Source: Methanococcus maripaludis (GTDB lineage Archaea > AGJL01 > Methanococci > Methanococcales > Methanococcaceae). From it: a stretch of 32,000 nt of DNA. Both the position numbers and the translations under genes were made by a program. The notes under the pieces are model-generated. The model made no database searches and had not been told where the DNA came from. It saw nothing but the letters and a program-made list of their open reading frames with translations. Shown here piece by piece: positions 16,245 through 25,139 of the stretch; position 1 is the first letter of the stretch; each line of letters starts with the position of its first letter. The stretch is taken from NCBI RefSeq assembly GCF_002945325.1, contig NZ_CP026606.1, positions 1,620,001 to 1,652,000 of the forward strand, written 5' to 3'.

Positions 16245-18089
16245 TTAATTATTTTTACGATACCACATACATATCAAAAAGCCTGAAACGAGTCCCGTGA
16301 TTAAATACGTGATATTTATAAAACAATTTTTGTAGTCAAACCCGAAGGTATTCGTGTTATCCGAATTTTTTGAAATTTCGCAAAATACAGATTCTTCCTT
16401 ATAATTAAAAGCAGAACTGTCAAATTCTTTTAAAACATCCATATTCATCTGTGCATAAGCTATCGAATACTTAAAGTAGAGAATTTTTGAATATTTATCG
16501 TCTAAGTTTTCCGCGTATTCAAAGTAGCTGAGTGCAGAAACAGGGATATATTCTGAATTATTTTCCGTGTTTAACATGCAGTTTTCGGCCTTATTTATCT
16601 TTTTTTGGGCTAAATTTGATAGGTAATCAACATCCGTAGTATATTCTAAAAACATTGTAGAATAAACATATGCATCGATACTTTTTGACATTGAAAGCAG
16701 GTATTCTTTTTTATTGTATAGATCAATTGAATCGTCAATCTGGGACATAGGGTAGGCAGCTAGTTCTTCTGAAAGAACTGTTGAAGTGTAGACTACAACG
16801 ATTTCTGAATTGTCAAGATATTCCCTTGCAAGGTATTTTAAATCTTTTTCATCAATCTTTTCAGGATTTTGTTCTTCAGGCGATAATTCAAGCCACCAAA
16901 TTCCGGTTTCAGCTCTTAATTTTGCATAAGCGGCATATTCAATCGCAGAACTTAAATTTCCTTCATCGTACTGGTAAAATGCTTCATCCATTAATTCCGA
17001 AGCTTCATATACCCTGCTTTTTGCTGAAAAGACGTATTCAATGTTGTGTTTTGTTAGCGTTACATTTGAAAGTTCGTCCTTTTTTTCAGAAATACTTTCA
17101 TTTACGTCTAAAAGATAATTTTTAATGGATTCATTGTCTTTGTAATTGTATTTTGACTGCAATGTTTCAAATATGATTAAAGAATTGAAACTTCTGGAGG
17201 TTGCAGTATAATATTTCTCATTTGAATGCAGTTCATTTCCAAGGTACACTAAATTTGATGCAGTTTTTAATTCTTCTTCAAATTCTTCCTTTTTTGAAGA
17301 ATTTAGTTCTGATAAATCTAATTTTTCAGTTTCTTCAAGACTTTTTTTGGCATTTTCAAGTGTAACTTCGGATAATTTTTCCATAATTTCATTATATTTG
17401 CCATCTATAATTGGATTTTTTTCGTAATCCGTGCTGATATCGTGATTTGTAAAGTAGTACACCACATCATAGATGTTACTTACTTCAACAACTTTAATTC
17501 CAAGATTTTGGCCGTATTCGATACAATCAACCGAATTATTGTTTTCATCGATTTGATACTGCTGTCCGTAAGGTATTAGGAAATAATCAACGTTTTGTTC
17601 GGCCCCTACATTAATTTTCTCAATTATTCCGCCAACAGGACCAATTGTTCCATCTGGGCCTATCATTCCAGTCATCATGACGTTTTTATTCAATGTCCAA
17701 TTATTTATTGCGGCAATCGTTGCAACGGTTAAAACTGCACCCGCAGAAGGGCCACCAACTGTTGGAACGTCTGATCTTATAATATAATAAACATCGTGAC
17801 TGTCTTGATCTATCCCGCAGATATCAAAAGCTACTTTTGAGGCAATACGAGCTGATCCTTGCATATCAATATCTGTAAGCGGTAGGGTGTCCATATATGC
17901 ATGACCTTCACCATTTGAAACCTTTACATCGATATCAACAGCTGCCCCAACGTATCCTTCATCAGTTACTGAAACTGCAGGGGCTGTAATGCTAACGCAG
18001 TTTTCAAATGCAGTATTATTTTCTAAATCAAATGCAAATGTCGGAACTATCGACATTAAAATTGTGAAAATTATAATAAGTTTTTTCAT
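16245..18089 (-). CDS. Secreted, C-terminally membrane-anchored Lon-type (S16) serine protease domain protein without an AAA+ module
   Basis: Signal-peptide-like N-terminus MKKLIIIFTILMSIVPTFA. Lon proteolytic-domain motifs VGGPSAGAVLTV (Ser) and PVGGIIEKINVGAE (Lys). A roughly 330-aa helical Tyr/Glu/Lys-rich region follows, then a C-terminal TM helix ITYLITGLVSGFLICMWY plus RKNN. ATG 18089 behind AGGGGAT. Confidence 0.8.
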   Translation of the reverse strand: MKKLIIIFTILMSIVPTFAFDLENNTAFENCVSITAPAVSVTDEGYVGAAVDIDVKVSNGEGHAYMDTLPLTDIDMQGSARIASKVAFDICGIDQDSHDVYYIIRSDVPTVGGPSAGAVLTVATIAAINNWTLNKNVMMTGMIGPDGTIGPVGGIIEKINVGAEQNVDYFLIPYGQQYQIDENNNSVDCIEYGQNLGIKVVEVSNIYDVVYYFTNHDISTDYEKNPIIDGKYNEIMEKLSEVTLENAKKSLEETEKLDLSELNSSKKEEFEEELKTASNLVYLGNELHSNEKYYTATSRSFNSLIIFETLQSKYNYKDNESIKNYLLDVNESISEKKDELSNVTLTKHNIEYVFSAKSRVYEASELMDEAFYQYDEGNLSSAIEYAAYAKLRAETGIWWLELSPEEQNPEKIDEKDLKYLAREYLDNSEIVVVYTSTVLSEELAAYPMSQIDDSIDLYNKKEYLLSMSKSIDAYVYSTMFLEYTTDVDYLSNLAQKKINKAENCMLNTENNSEYIPVSALSYFEYAENLDDKYSKILYFKYSIAYAQMNMDVLKEFDSSAFNYKEESVFCEISKNSDNTNTFGFDYKNCFINITYLITGLVSGFLICMWYRKNN

Positions 18090-18119
18090 AAAATCCCCTA
18101 AAAAATTATGTCGAATCAA

Positions 18120-18728
18120 TTATAAATTATGGATTTTTATTTTATTTTTTGTTAAATTAACCAGTTTTTTAGTAAATTCATCTTCAAGTCCTTTTTTAAT
18201 TTCTAATTTAAATCTTACAACGTCTGAATAGTTTTCATCAACGATTTTTCCAAAAATCTTTGATATATCTTTAATTTTTTGTATTTCTGAATAATCAAAC
18301 TCTAAAACTAGATAAGACTTTTCAAAAACTTCTAAAATTCCGCTTGAATTTATAACTTCAGTTGCAGTATCGCTGTATGCTTTTACAAGGCCCCCGTATC
18401 CTAATTTAACTCCGCCAAAATACCTTGTAACAACAATTACTGTATTTTGAAGATTTTTTAATTCAATAACCTTGTAGATCGGCTTACCTGAACTTCCCTG
18501 TAGTTCACCATCATCGTCGTATTTCATTGCAAAATTATTTTCAATATTTATCCGATATGCAGAAACATTGTGTGTTGCATCGGAGTGAATTTCTTTAATT
18601 CTGTCAATAAATTCTTTTGCTTCAACCTCGCTTTTTACGGGTTTTCCATAACCAAGGAATAGTGAACCTTTAAAGATAAGTTCCACTTTTGAAAAAGATT
18701 TAAGTGTTTTGTAGGAATTTTCGTCCAA
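18120..18728 (-). CDS. IMPACT / YigZ (UPF0029) family protein
   Basis: Typical YigZ N-terminal domain (KGSLFLGYGKPVKSEVEAKEFIDRIKEIHSDATHNVSAYR...DDDGE) and ferredoxin-like C-terminal domain. TTG start behind GAGTGGT. Confidence 0.75.
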   Translation of the reverse strand: MDENSYKTLKSFSKVELIFKGSLFLGYGKPVKSEVEAKEFIDRIKEIHSDATHNVSAYRINIENNFAMKYDDDGELQGSSGKPIYKVIELKNLQNTVIVVTRYFGGVKLGYGGLVKAYSDTATEVINSSGILEVFEKSYLVLEFDYSEIQKIKDISKIFGKIVDENYSDVVRFKLEIKKGLEDEFTKKLVNLTKNKIKIHNL

Positions 18729-18743
18729 AATACCACTCGAAAA

Positions 18744-20174
18744 TTAAATATTTATTTTTTTAAATACTGTTCCTTCTTTTGGGTTGTCCTCAATTTGATA
18801 TCCTAAATTTTTCAATCCATCCCTTATTTTATCAGACATTTCGTAATTTTTTTGAAGCCTTAAATCTGACCGCAGTTCAATTAAAAATTTGACAAATTCT
18901 TCTTCATTTGATTCTGATGATTCTTTAAAGTAGTTTTCAAACAATCCAAATATTTCCCCTATTATTTTGTAAAAATCAAGTGCTTTTAACAGTAAACCTT
19001 CACTAGGAGTTTCTGTTAAACTTAAATATTTATTAACACCATTAGAAACTTCAAATACTGATTTTAATGCTTCAACCGTGTTAAAATCTGAATTCATTGC
19101 ATTATAAAAATTATTTTTTGAATTTTTTAAAATATCGTAGAGTAAAAATTCATTTTCACCCCATATCCTCGATTTTTCCGATTTTTCAAGTGAAATTCTT
19201 ATATTTTCAATTACGTTGTATATTTTTTCAAGATTGTTTTTAACGTGATTCATTGATTCAGCCGTATAATCAATCGGGCTTCGGTAGTGTCTTTGAATAA
19301 AGAAAAACCTTAAAATTTCTGGACTGTATTCTTTTGAGATGTCCCCAATAGTTATAAAATTGCCCAAAGATTTACTCATTTTTTCTCCGTTAACCATTAC
19401 AAAACCCGTATGGATCCAGTAATTAACCCAATCTTTTCCAGAATATGCCGAACTTTGTGCAATCTCATTTTCATGGTGTGGAAACGATAAATCCCGCCCT
19501 CCTCCGTGTATATCAAATTGTTCTCCAAGATATTTTGAACTCATTGCAGAGCATTCGATATGCCATCCGGGCCTACCTTTCCCAAAAGGACTTTCCCATT
19601 TAGGTTCTCCTGGTTTTGCAGTTTTCCAGAGTGCAAAGTCTTTTTGGTTTTTCTTTTTTTCAGAAGTTTCAACTCTTGCTCCTGAAACCAAATCTTCTAA
19701 ATTGATGTTACTCAATTTTCCATAGTTTTTAAATTTTTTAACTTCGAAATAAACGCCGTCTTCAGTTTTGTATGCAAAACCCTTTTCAATTAACCTTTCA
19801 ATAAATGCAATAATTTCAGAAATATGTTCTGTAACTTTTGGATAAATATCTGCAGGTTTTACTTTTAATGTGGCCATATCGTCTAAAAATACCTTTATAA
19901 ATTGTTCTGAAATTTCTTTTGGATCTTTTCCTTTTTCGTATGCTCTTTTAATGATCTTATCATCAATATCTGTAAAATTTATAACGAGATTTACCGTATA
20001 ACCTATATGTTCGAGATATCTACGGATAATATCAAATGAAACGTAAGTCCTCCCGTGCCCTAAATGGGTGTTATCATAGACTGTTGGGCCACAAACGTAC
20101 ATTTTGACCTCATTTTTATTCAAAGTTTTAAATTCTTCTTCTTTTCTTGTGAGGGTATTGTAAACTTTTAACAT
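18744..20174 (-). CDS. cysS: Cysteine--tRNA ligase (class I)
   Basis: HIGH motif (HLGHGRTY), KMSKS motif present literally, and the CysRS zinc/cysteine-binding region WHIECSAM. GGGGAA RBS. Confidence 0.95.
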   Translation of the reverse strand: MLKVYNTLTRKEEEFKTLNKNEVKMYVCGPTVYDNTHLGHGRTYVSFDIIRRYLEHIGYTVNLVINFTDIDDKIIKRAYEKGKDPKEISEQFIKVFLDDMATLKVKPADIYPKVTEHISEIIAFIERLIEKGFAYKTEDGVYFEVKKFKNYGKLSNINLEDLVSGARVETSEKKKNQKDFALWKTAKPGEPKWESPFGKGRPGWHIECSAMSSKYLGEQFDIHGGGRDLSFPHHENEIAQSSAYSGKDWVNYWIHTGFVMVNGEKMSKSLGNFITIGDISKEYSPEILRFFFIQRHYRSPIDYTAESMNHVKNNLEKIYNVIENIRISLEKSEKSRIWGENEFLLYDILKNSKNNFYNAMNSDFNTVEALKSVFEVSNGVNKYLSLTETPSEGLLLKALDFYKIIGEIFGLFENYFKESSESNEEEFVKFLIELRSDLRLQKNYEMSDKIRDGLKNLGYQIEDNPKEGTVFKKINI

Positions 20175-20184
20175 AAATTCCCCT

Positions 20185-21636
20185 TTATTTCATGGTTTCT
20201 ATTTGTTCCTGCCAATTTGTATTTTCATCTTTAAAAATATCAGTAATTCCTTCTTTTTTAAGAATTCCGCGAGCAGCAAGTATGCCTGTTGCACAAGAAT
20301 TTGTGATATCTCTTGAAAGTCCGGCTCCATCTCCTGCGGCAAAAATGTTTGAAACACTTGTTTCTAAATCGTCATTTACTTTTGTTTTCATTGCATAATA
20401 CTTAATTTCTGGCGCATATAATAATGTATGGTCGTTAGAAACTCCTGGAATTACTTTATCCAATTTTTCAAGTCCTTCAATAATATTTGTGACAATCCTG
20501 TGTGGCAGTGCCATTGCAATGTCGCCAGGAGTTACCTGTTTTAGTGTTGGATCAAAACTGCTTTTTTTAAGTCTATCCCATGTACTCCTTCTTCCGCGTT
20601 TTAAATCACCTAGTCTCTGTAAAATTGGTTTTCCGCCCCCGAGTGTTGTTGTAAGTTTTGCAATACTTTTTCCGTAACTTGTAGTGTTTTCAACAGGCTC
20701 AGTAAGTTCGATTCTTGTTAAAAATGAAAAATTGGTATTTTCACTTTTTTTATCGACCATTGAGTGTCCGTTTACTCCAATAATGTCGCCGTAATTTTCT
20801 TCTACAACAAAGCCGTATGGGTTTGTACAAAACGTTCTGACAAAATCATCGTAGGTATCAGTATATATGTGAAATTTGGGGTCGTGATTTATTTCAGTAA
20901 TTGATTCCATGATTATCGAGGGAACTTCAACCCTTACTCCAACATCAATCGGGCCGTGATTGGATATTAAACCTATTTTTTCTGAAATTTTTAAAAACCA
21001 CTCGGCATTACCCCTTCCCGGTGCAACAATTATATATTTGGCATTAATTTTTTCTTCTTTTCCAGAAATATTTGCAAATACCTTATTTTTTTCAAATTTA
21101 AAAACTTCAGTATTTAATAAGAACTCAACACCTCTATTCTGAAGTGTAATTTTGATATTATTAATCAGCTGTTTTGTGTGGTCTGATCCGATATGTCTTT
21201 GAATAATTGGAATAAATCTAACTCCATTTTGCGCAGAACGTCTTTGAAGTCCTTTTATTTTTTCAAAGGATCCTTTAAAAAGTTTTTTTGGACCTGCATG
21301 TTCTAAAAAAATTTTATCAACTTCAAAAATGAGCTGCCAGGCGTAATTTTCATCATTGGTTATTTCAACTAAATTTCCACCAATGTCTGGCCGTAAATTT
21401 AGTGTTCCATCACTCAAACCCCCTGCACCACCTACTCCATACATAATCTGACATGGGTTGCACTTTATACATTTTTTAAGTTTTTCTGCGGCACACTGTC
21501 TTTCTAAAACATCTTTTCCCCGATCAATTACGAGTGTTTTTAAATTACCATATTTTGATAATTCATACGCTGCAAAAAGTCCTGCAGGCCCCGCTCCAAT
21601 AATAATAACATCAAAATAATTCTTTAAATTTTCCAT
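20185..21636 (-). CDS. FAD-dependent oxidoreductase (uncharacterised FAD-dependent dehydrogenase family)
   Basis: N-terminal dinucleotide fold VIIIGAGPAGLFAA, a cysteine cluster QCAAEKLKKCIKCNPCQ, and a C-terminal FAD motif FAAGDGAG. Confidence 0.75.
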   Translation of the reverse strand: MENLKNYFDVIIIGAGPAGLFAAYELSKYGNLKTLVIDRGKDVLERQCAAEKLKKCIKCNPCQIMYGVGGAGGLSDGTLNLRPDIGGNLVEITNDENYAWQLIFEVDKIFLEHAGPKKLFKGSFEKIKGLQRRSAQNGVRFIPIIQRHIGSDHTKQLINNIKITLQNRGVEFLLNTEVFKFEKNKVFANISGKEEKINAKYIIVAPGRGNAEWFLKISEKIGLISNHGPIDVGVRVEVPSIIMESITEINHDPKFHIYTDTYDDFVRTFCTNPYGFVVEENYGDIIGVNGHSMVDKKSENTNFSFLTRIELTEPVENTTSYGKSIAKLTTTLGGGKPILQRLGDLKRGRRSTWDRLKKSSFDPTLKQVTPGDIAMALPHRIVTNIIEGLEKLDKVIPGVSNDHTLLYAPEIKYYAMKTKVNDDLETSVSNIFAAGDGAGLSRDITNSCATGILAARGILKKEGITDIFKDENTNWQEQIETMK

Positions 21637-21730
21637 GAAACTCCCTTTGAATTATTTTTCAAAATAACGTATAAATTTATGATATTAAGCAGTTTTATAG
21701 CTTTTTAAAAGAATATTTTAAATGGAAATA

Positions 21731-21738
21731 TTTATATA
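21731..21738 (+). promoter_or_regulatory. Archaeal TATA box (TTTATATA) for the tRNA-Ala gene
   Basis: A consensus methanogen TATA box ends 27 nt upstream of the mature tRNA 5' end, giving a predicted start a few nt before the tRNA. Confidence 0.55.
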
Positions 21739-21765
21739 GAAAAACAATCAAATCTAAGCTAGATT

Positions 21766-21839
21766 GGGCTGATAGCTCAGACTGGGAGAGTGCCGCATTG
21801 GCTATGCGGATGCCGCGGGTTCAAATCCCGCTCAGTCCA
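21766..21839 (+). tRNA. tRNA-Ala (anticodon GGC)
   Basis: Manual cloverleaf. Acceptor stem is GGGCUGA/UCAGUCC with the alanine identity pair G3:U70. D arm is GCUC-AGACUGGGA-GAGU. Anticodon arm is CCGCA-UUGGCUA-UGCGG (anticodon GGC). Variable loop is 5 nt. T arm is GCGGG-UUCAAAU-CCCGC. Discriminator is A, followed by genomic CC (CCA not fully encoded). Confidence 0.9.
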
Positions 21840-21860
21840 CCTAATCTATTTTAAAATGGT

Positions 21861-22829
21861 TTAATCATTCCAGTAGTCTCTTTTAAACATTTCAGAATTA
21901 TCTGCAAGTTCTTGTGGAAAAGGTTCGAAATAAGTCTGTTTTTTTAAATAATCAACGTTAAATCTAATAACCCACGATTTTAAAAGAATTATCGGGACAC
22001 AGAGACAATCCAGTTCGTCATGGTATCTTTGAAGTGAATCGATAAATAATGATTTTTCATCTTTCGAAATTTTATTTGATATATATCCAAAAATATGCAT
22101 GAGAACATTAATATTCGACCCAATGGCTGAGGGACGTTTTAAAAGTAATTGAAGATGTTTTTCGTAAAGTTTTATAATTTTATCAAAATTTTTGTTATGG
22201 TTTCCAACGATATTTCCTAAGACGTCTTTTTGTTTTTGATTATATGCCATAAATAAGAATTTATTGTTTGTATGAAATTCAATCAGGTTTTTAATAGATT
22301 CTGACTCTTTAACTTCTTTAAAATCTTTTATTGTATATAATTTGGTTAAAAAATGATCTTTTATTCTTTTATTTCTAAGTCGCGATTCTTCTTCAATTGC
22401 AATATCGGAATATCGATATAACACTTCTTTCGCAAAAAAGCCTTCTGTTTTTTGATTTGTCGGGTTTCCTTTTGCAGTATAAACTTTAACGTTTTTTATT
22501 CCGCATGATGGAGATTTGTGTTTTAATACTGCACCATCAATATTTTCAATTGAATCTAAAAAATCAGATGAAAATTGTGTAATTTTTGAGGTGTAATTAT
22601 TATTTGTAATATTTTGAATAAATTCAAATTTTTCATTTTCAAAAACAATTTTTAAGGAATTTCTAGGAATTGAAAGCCCTATTTCAACTTCAGGACATAC
22701 TGGAACGTAGTTAAAATATTTTTTAGTATTTTTAACAAAATCACTTGAAATCATCTGTCCGTCGTATCTGCATCGCCCATGTTCGAGGCATTTACTGACT
22801 AAAACATCCGGTTTTTTGAAATTTCTCAT
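21861..22829 (-). CDS. DUF523 (YbbK/TudS-like [4Fe-4S] thiouracil desulfidase family) fused to DUF1722 (YbgA-like)
   Basis: The N-terminal half carries the three DUF523 cysteine motifs SKCLEHGRCRYDG, PVCPEVEIGL and KHKSPSCG. The C-terminal half has DUF1722-like EFHTNNKFLFMAY...NVLMHIFGY. GGTGGG RBS. Confidence 0.75.
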   Translation of the reverse strand: MRNFKKPDVLVSKCLEHGRCRYDGQMISSDFVKNTKKYFNYVPVCPEVEIGLSIPRNSLKIVFENEKFEFIQNITNNNYTSKITQFSSDFLDSIENIDGAVLKHKSPSCGIKNVKVYTAKGNPTNQKTEGFFAKEVLYRYSDIAIEEESRLRNKRIKDHFLTKLYTIKDFKEVKESESIKNLIEFHTNNKFLFMAYNQKQKDVLGNIVGNHNKNFDKIIKLYEKHLQLLLKRPSAIGSNINVLMHIFGYISNKISKDEKSLFIDSLQRYHDELDCLCVPIILLKSWVIRFNVDYLKKQTYFEPFPQELADNSEMFKRDYWND

Positions 22830-22888
22830 AATTGCCCACCAATTTCAAAAATTAGTTAAATTACTAAAAATAGTTAATAAAAAAGAAG

Positions 22889-24091
22889 TTAAATTAAATT
22901 TAAGTTACTTTCAAGGTTTCTTCGAATCCGATCTTTAATCCAGAGTGAAATTCTATCTCTATCAACACTGTACATTTCCATTTTAGGAATAATTACTCTT
23001 GAAACATCTATATCAGTTTTATTTAATTTAACAGTTATGATTTTATCAAAACCGTTCTGTTTTAATATATGTTTTACAGTTTCAATGTCTTTTTTAAGAT
23101 TTAATTTTGCATTATCTGGCATATCTTCAATATTTATTTCATTTTTGAATGTATACCACTTTTTATGTACTCTTTTCATCCTGTCGTAACTTATTCTTCG
23201 TACAACGTCTCCACGATTTGTATCTTCTCTTGCTCCATGAATTTGTGTTGCCCTACTTTGTGCAACTTCTGTCAATGCCCTTAAAACGGCAATTTCGGGG
23301 TGCAGGTGGCATCCAACGCCCATACATAAAAGTGCAGGGTCTTTTAAAACATCATCATCGGAAATTGCAGCAACCGTTGGAATCCCAACTTCGCTTGTTA
23401 AATCTTTTAGGATAATATTTATTTTTGCTTTTTCGAATTTTTTAAGGAGTTCAAAAATAAGCGGATTTTTCGCATTTTCAACATTTACTTTTCTGTAAGT
23501 GTTTTTTGAAAGTTCTGAAATGCTCCATGCATCTCTTTCGATTACCTCGAGCATCCCGTGAAAAATAGCTTCTTCTTCGGAATTTCCTGATGCAAGACCA
23601 TTAGTGTTGCTTCTAAATAGTTTTTTTCCATCATACGGGTGAACAGCACTGTTTATTGGAACGTCAAAGGTTTTACCACTGATAATATCTGTTCCGCTTA
23701 CCCATTCAATTCCATCAGTATCTGAATATTCTGCACGTTTTCCACCAGGTAATATCAAATCATCCAAGTTTATTGGGTTTTCAGGTTCTTTTATAAGTTC
23801 AAGTTTTGAATTTTCATCAAATTCTGCAGAATATCTTTCAATTGCTTCCATCGTGGATGAAACCTTTGCTTGAATTTCAGTGGCACCTTTTCCAGCATAC
23901 ACGCTGATTGCACCGTCTTTTGCTGATGGTCGAATCGATGAAAAAACAGGAATTCCAATTCGATCTAGTCCATCGATTCTCGCAGTTCTTGTGACACCAA
24001 TTTCTTTTATTATTGGCTCTATTTTTTCAAAAGTTTCCTCAGGGGTGCAGATTCTATACGCTGCAAGAGTGTAATTAATGTCGTCTTCCAT
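22889..24091 (-). CDS. ycaO: YcaO-family ATP-dependent amide-activating enzyme (methanogenesis marker protein 1 type; McrA thioglycine formation)
   Basis: 400 aa with YcaO hallmarks: AIERYSAEF, NTNGLASGNSEEEAIFHGMLEVIERDAW and TEVAQSRATQIHGARED. The size and lack of extra domains fit the methanogen 'marker 1' form. Confidence 0.85.
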   Translation of the reverse strand: MEDDINYTLAAYRICTPEETFEKIEPIIKEIGVTRTARIDGLDRIGIPVFSSIRPSAKDGAISVYAGKGATEIQAKVSSTMEAIERYSAEFDENSKLELIKEPENPINLDDLILPGGKRAEYSDTDGIEWVSGTDIISGKTFDVPINSAVHPYDGKKLFRSNTNGLASGNSEEEAIFHGMLEVIERDAWSISELSKNTYRKVNVENAKNPLIFELLKKFEKAKINIILKDLTSEVGIPTVAAISDDDVLKDPALLCMGVGCHLHPEIAVLRALTEVAQSRATQIHGAREDTNRGDVVRRISYDRMKRVHKKWYTFKNEINIEDMPDNAKLNLKKDIETVKHILKQNGFDKIITVKLNKTDIDVSRVIIPKMEMYSVDRDRISLWIKDRIRRNLESNLNLI

Positions 24092-24113
24092 GTTATCACT
24101 TTAATTGGTAAGA

Positions 24114-24419
24114 TTAAATTGATTTAATTTCCTTTTTTAAAATTTTTACAACATCATCTTTTGTTTTATCTGGTATAAGTACTGTTTTTTGTGATGAGGT
24201 TGTTCCTGAATTTATCAGTATTTCACTTTTAAAAATGCCCTTTAAAAATTTTATTATTGCTTTGTTTGCTTTTCCCTCAATTGGCTGTTCTTTAATTCTT
24301 ATTTCTATTCTTTTACGCCATTCATTAATTTTTCCAATTTCATTTTTTTTAGCGTTTGTAGTAACTTCGATATCAATTAAAATTCCTTTTTCTGATTCTT
24401 TGACCATTTTCTCAATCAA
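24114..24419 (-). CDS. DUF167 / YggU (UPF0235) family protein
   Basis: 101 aa with the pattern ILIDIEVTTNAKKNEI...IRIKEQPIEGKANKAIIKFLKGIF...SGTTSSQKTVLI, typical of DUF167. TTG start behind GGTGGT. It ends 22 nt upstream of ycaO. Confidence 0.7.
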   Translation of the reverse strand: MIEKMVKESEKGILIDIEVTTNAKKNEIGKINEWRKRIEIRIKEQPIEGKANKAIIKFLKGIFKSEILINSGTTSSQKTVLIPDKTKDDVVKILKKEIKSI

Positions 24420-24550
24420 AATACCACCGTCTTAAATAATATTTGAATTTCTATTAAAAATATTTTGGTATTATACAAGAGTATAATATATGATATCGAT
24501 TACCAATAAATATATTATATATAAACTAAAGTATCCTCGAGGTGTTAAGG

Positions 24551-25105
24551 ATGATGAAAGCTGAAGAGTTGAACAAAGGTTTTGTAAACGAAATCATTGA
24601 AGCTGGAACCCCCGTTCCAGGAGAAAAAGAAGTAGCTTCATTAAAATCATGCTACCAGTGTGGTACATGTACAGGAAGCTGCCCAAGCGGTAGAAGAACA
24701 GCATACAGGACAAGAAAAGTTATAAGACAGGCATTACTTGGTATAGACAGTGTTTTAGATAGTGACGACATTTGGAAATGTACAACCTGTTACACTTGCT
24801 ACGAAAGATGCCCTAGAGACGTTAAAGTAACTGAAATCATTAAAACAATCAGAAACTTAGCTGCTCAAAAAGGAAACATGGCAAAACCCCACAAAATGAC
24901 TGCAGTATATGTTTTAAAAGCTGGTCACGCAGTACCTGCAAACGACGATACAGCAAAATTAAGAAAATCAATTGGTCTTGCTGAAAAAGCACCAATTGCA
25001 CAGTTCAGTCAAAAAGACATGGACGAAATCAGAACTCTTGCTAAAAACTTAAAATTCGATGAATTAATCGGATTTGACTGGAAAACAATGGGTTTAAAAC
25101 AATAA
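24551..25105 (+). CDS. hdrC: Heterodisulfide reductase subunit C
   Basis: Two 4Fe-4S motifs, CYQCGTCTGSCP and CTTCYTCYERCP. It lies immediately upstream of an HdrB gene. ATG 24551 behind GAGGTG. Confidence 0.9.
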   Translation: MMKAEELNKGFVNEIIEAGTPVPGEKEVASLKSCYQCGTCTGSCPSGRRTAYRTRKVIRQALLGIDSVLDSDDIWKCTTCYTCYERCPRDVKVTEIIKTIRNLAAQKGNMAKPHKMTAVYVLKAGHAVPANDDTAKLRKSIGLAEKAPIAQFSQKDMDEIRTLAKNLKFDELIGFDWKTMGLKQ

Positions 25106-25139
25106 TTTACGAACTTCATAATTTAAGATGGTGATATTG

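Noticed and set aside
21766-21841. Possibility that the solitary tRNA-Ala marks an integrated element
   Set aside because: No integrase, no duplicated tRNA 3' segment, and both flanking genes are conserved-looking housekeeping or methanogen-marker genes.
24470-24487. 7-bp inverted repeat ATTATAC-AAGA-GTATAAT in the DUF167/hdrC divergent promoter region
   Set aside because: Arms this short made only of A/T-rich sequence are expected by chance many times in this window. It is more likely part of overlapping TATA elements.
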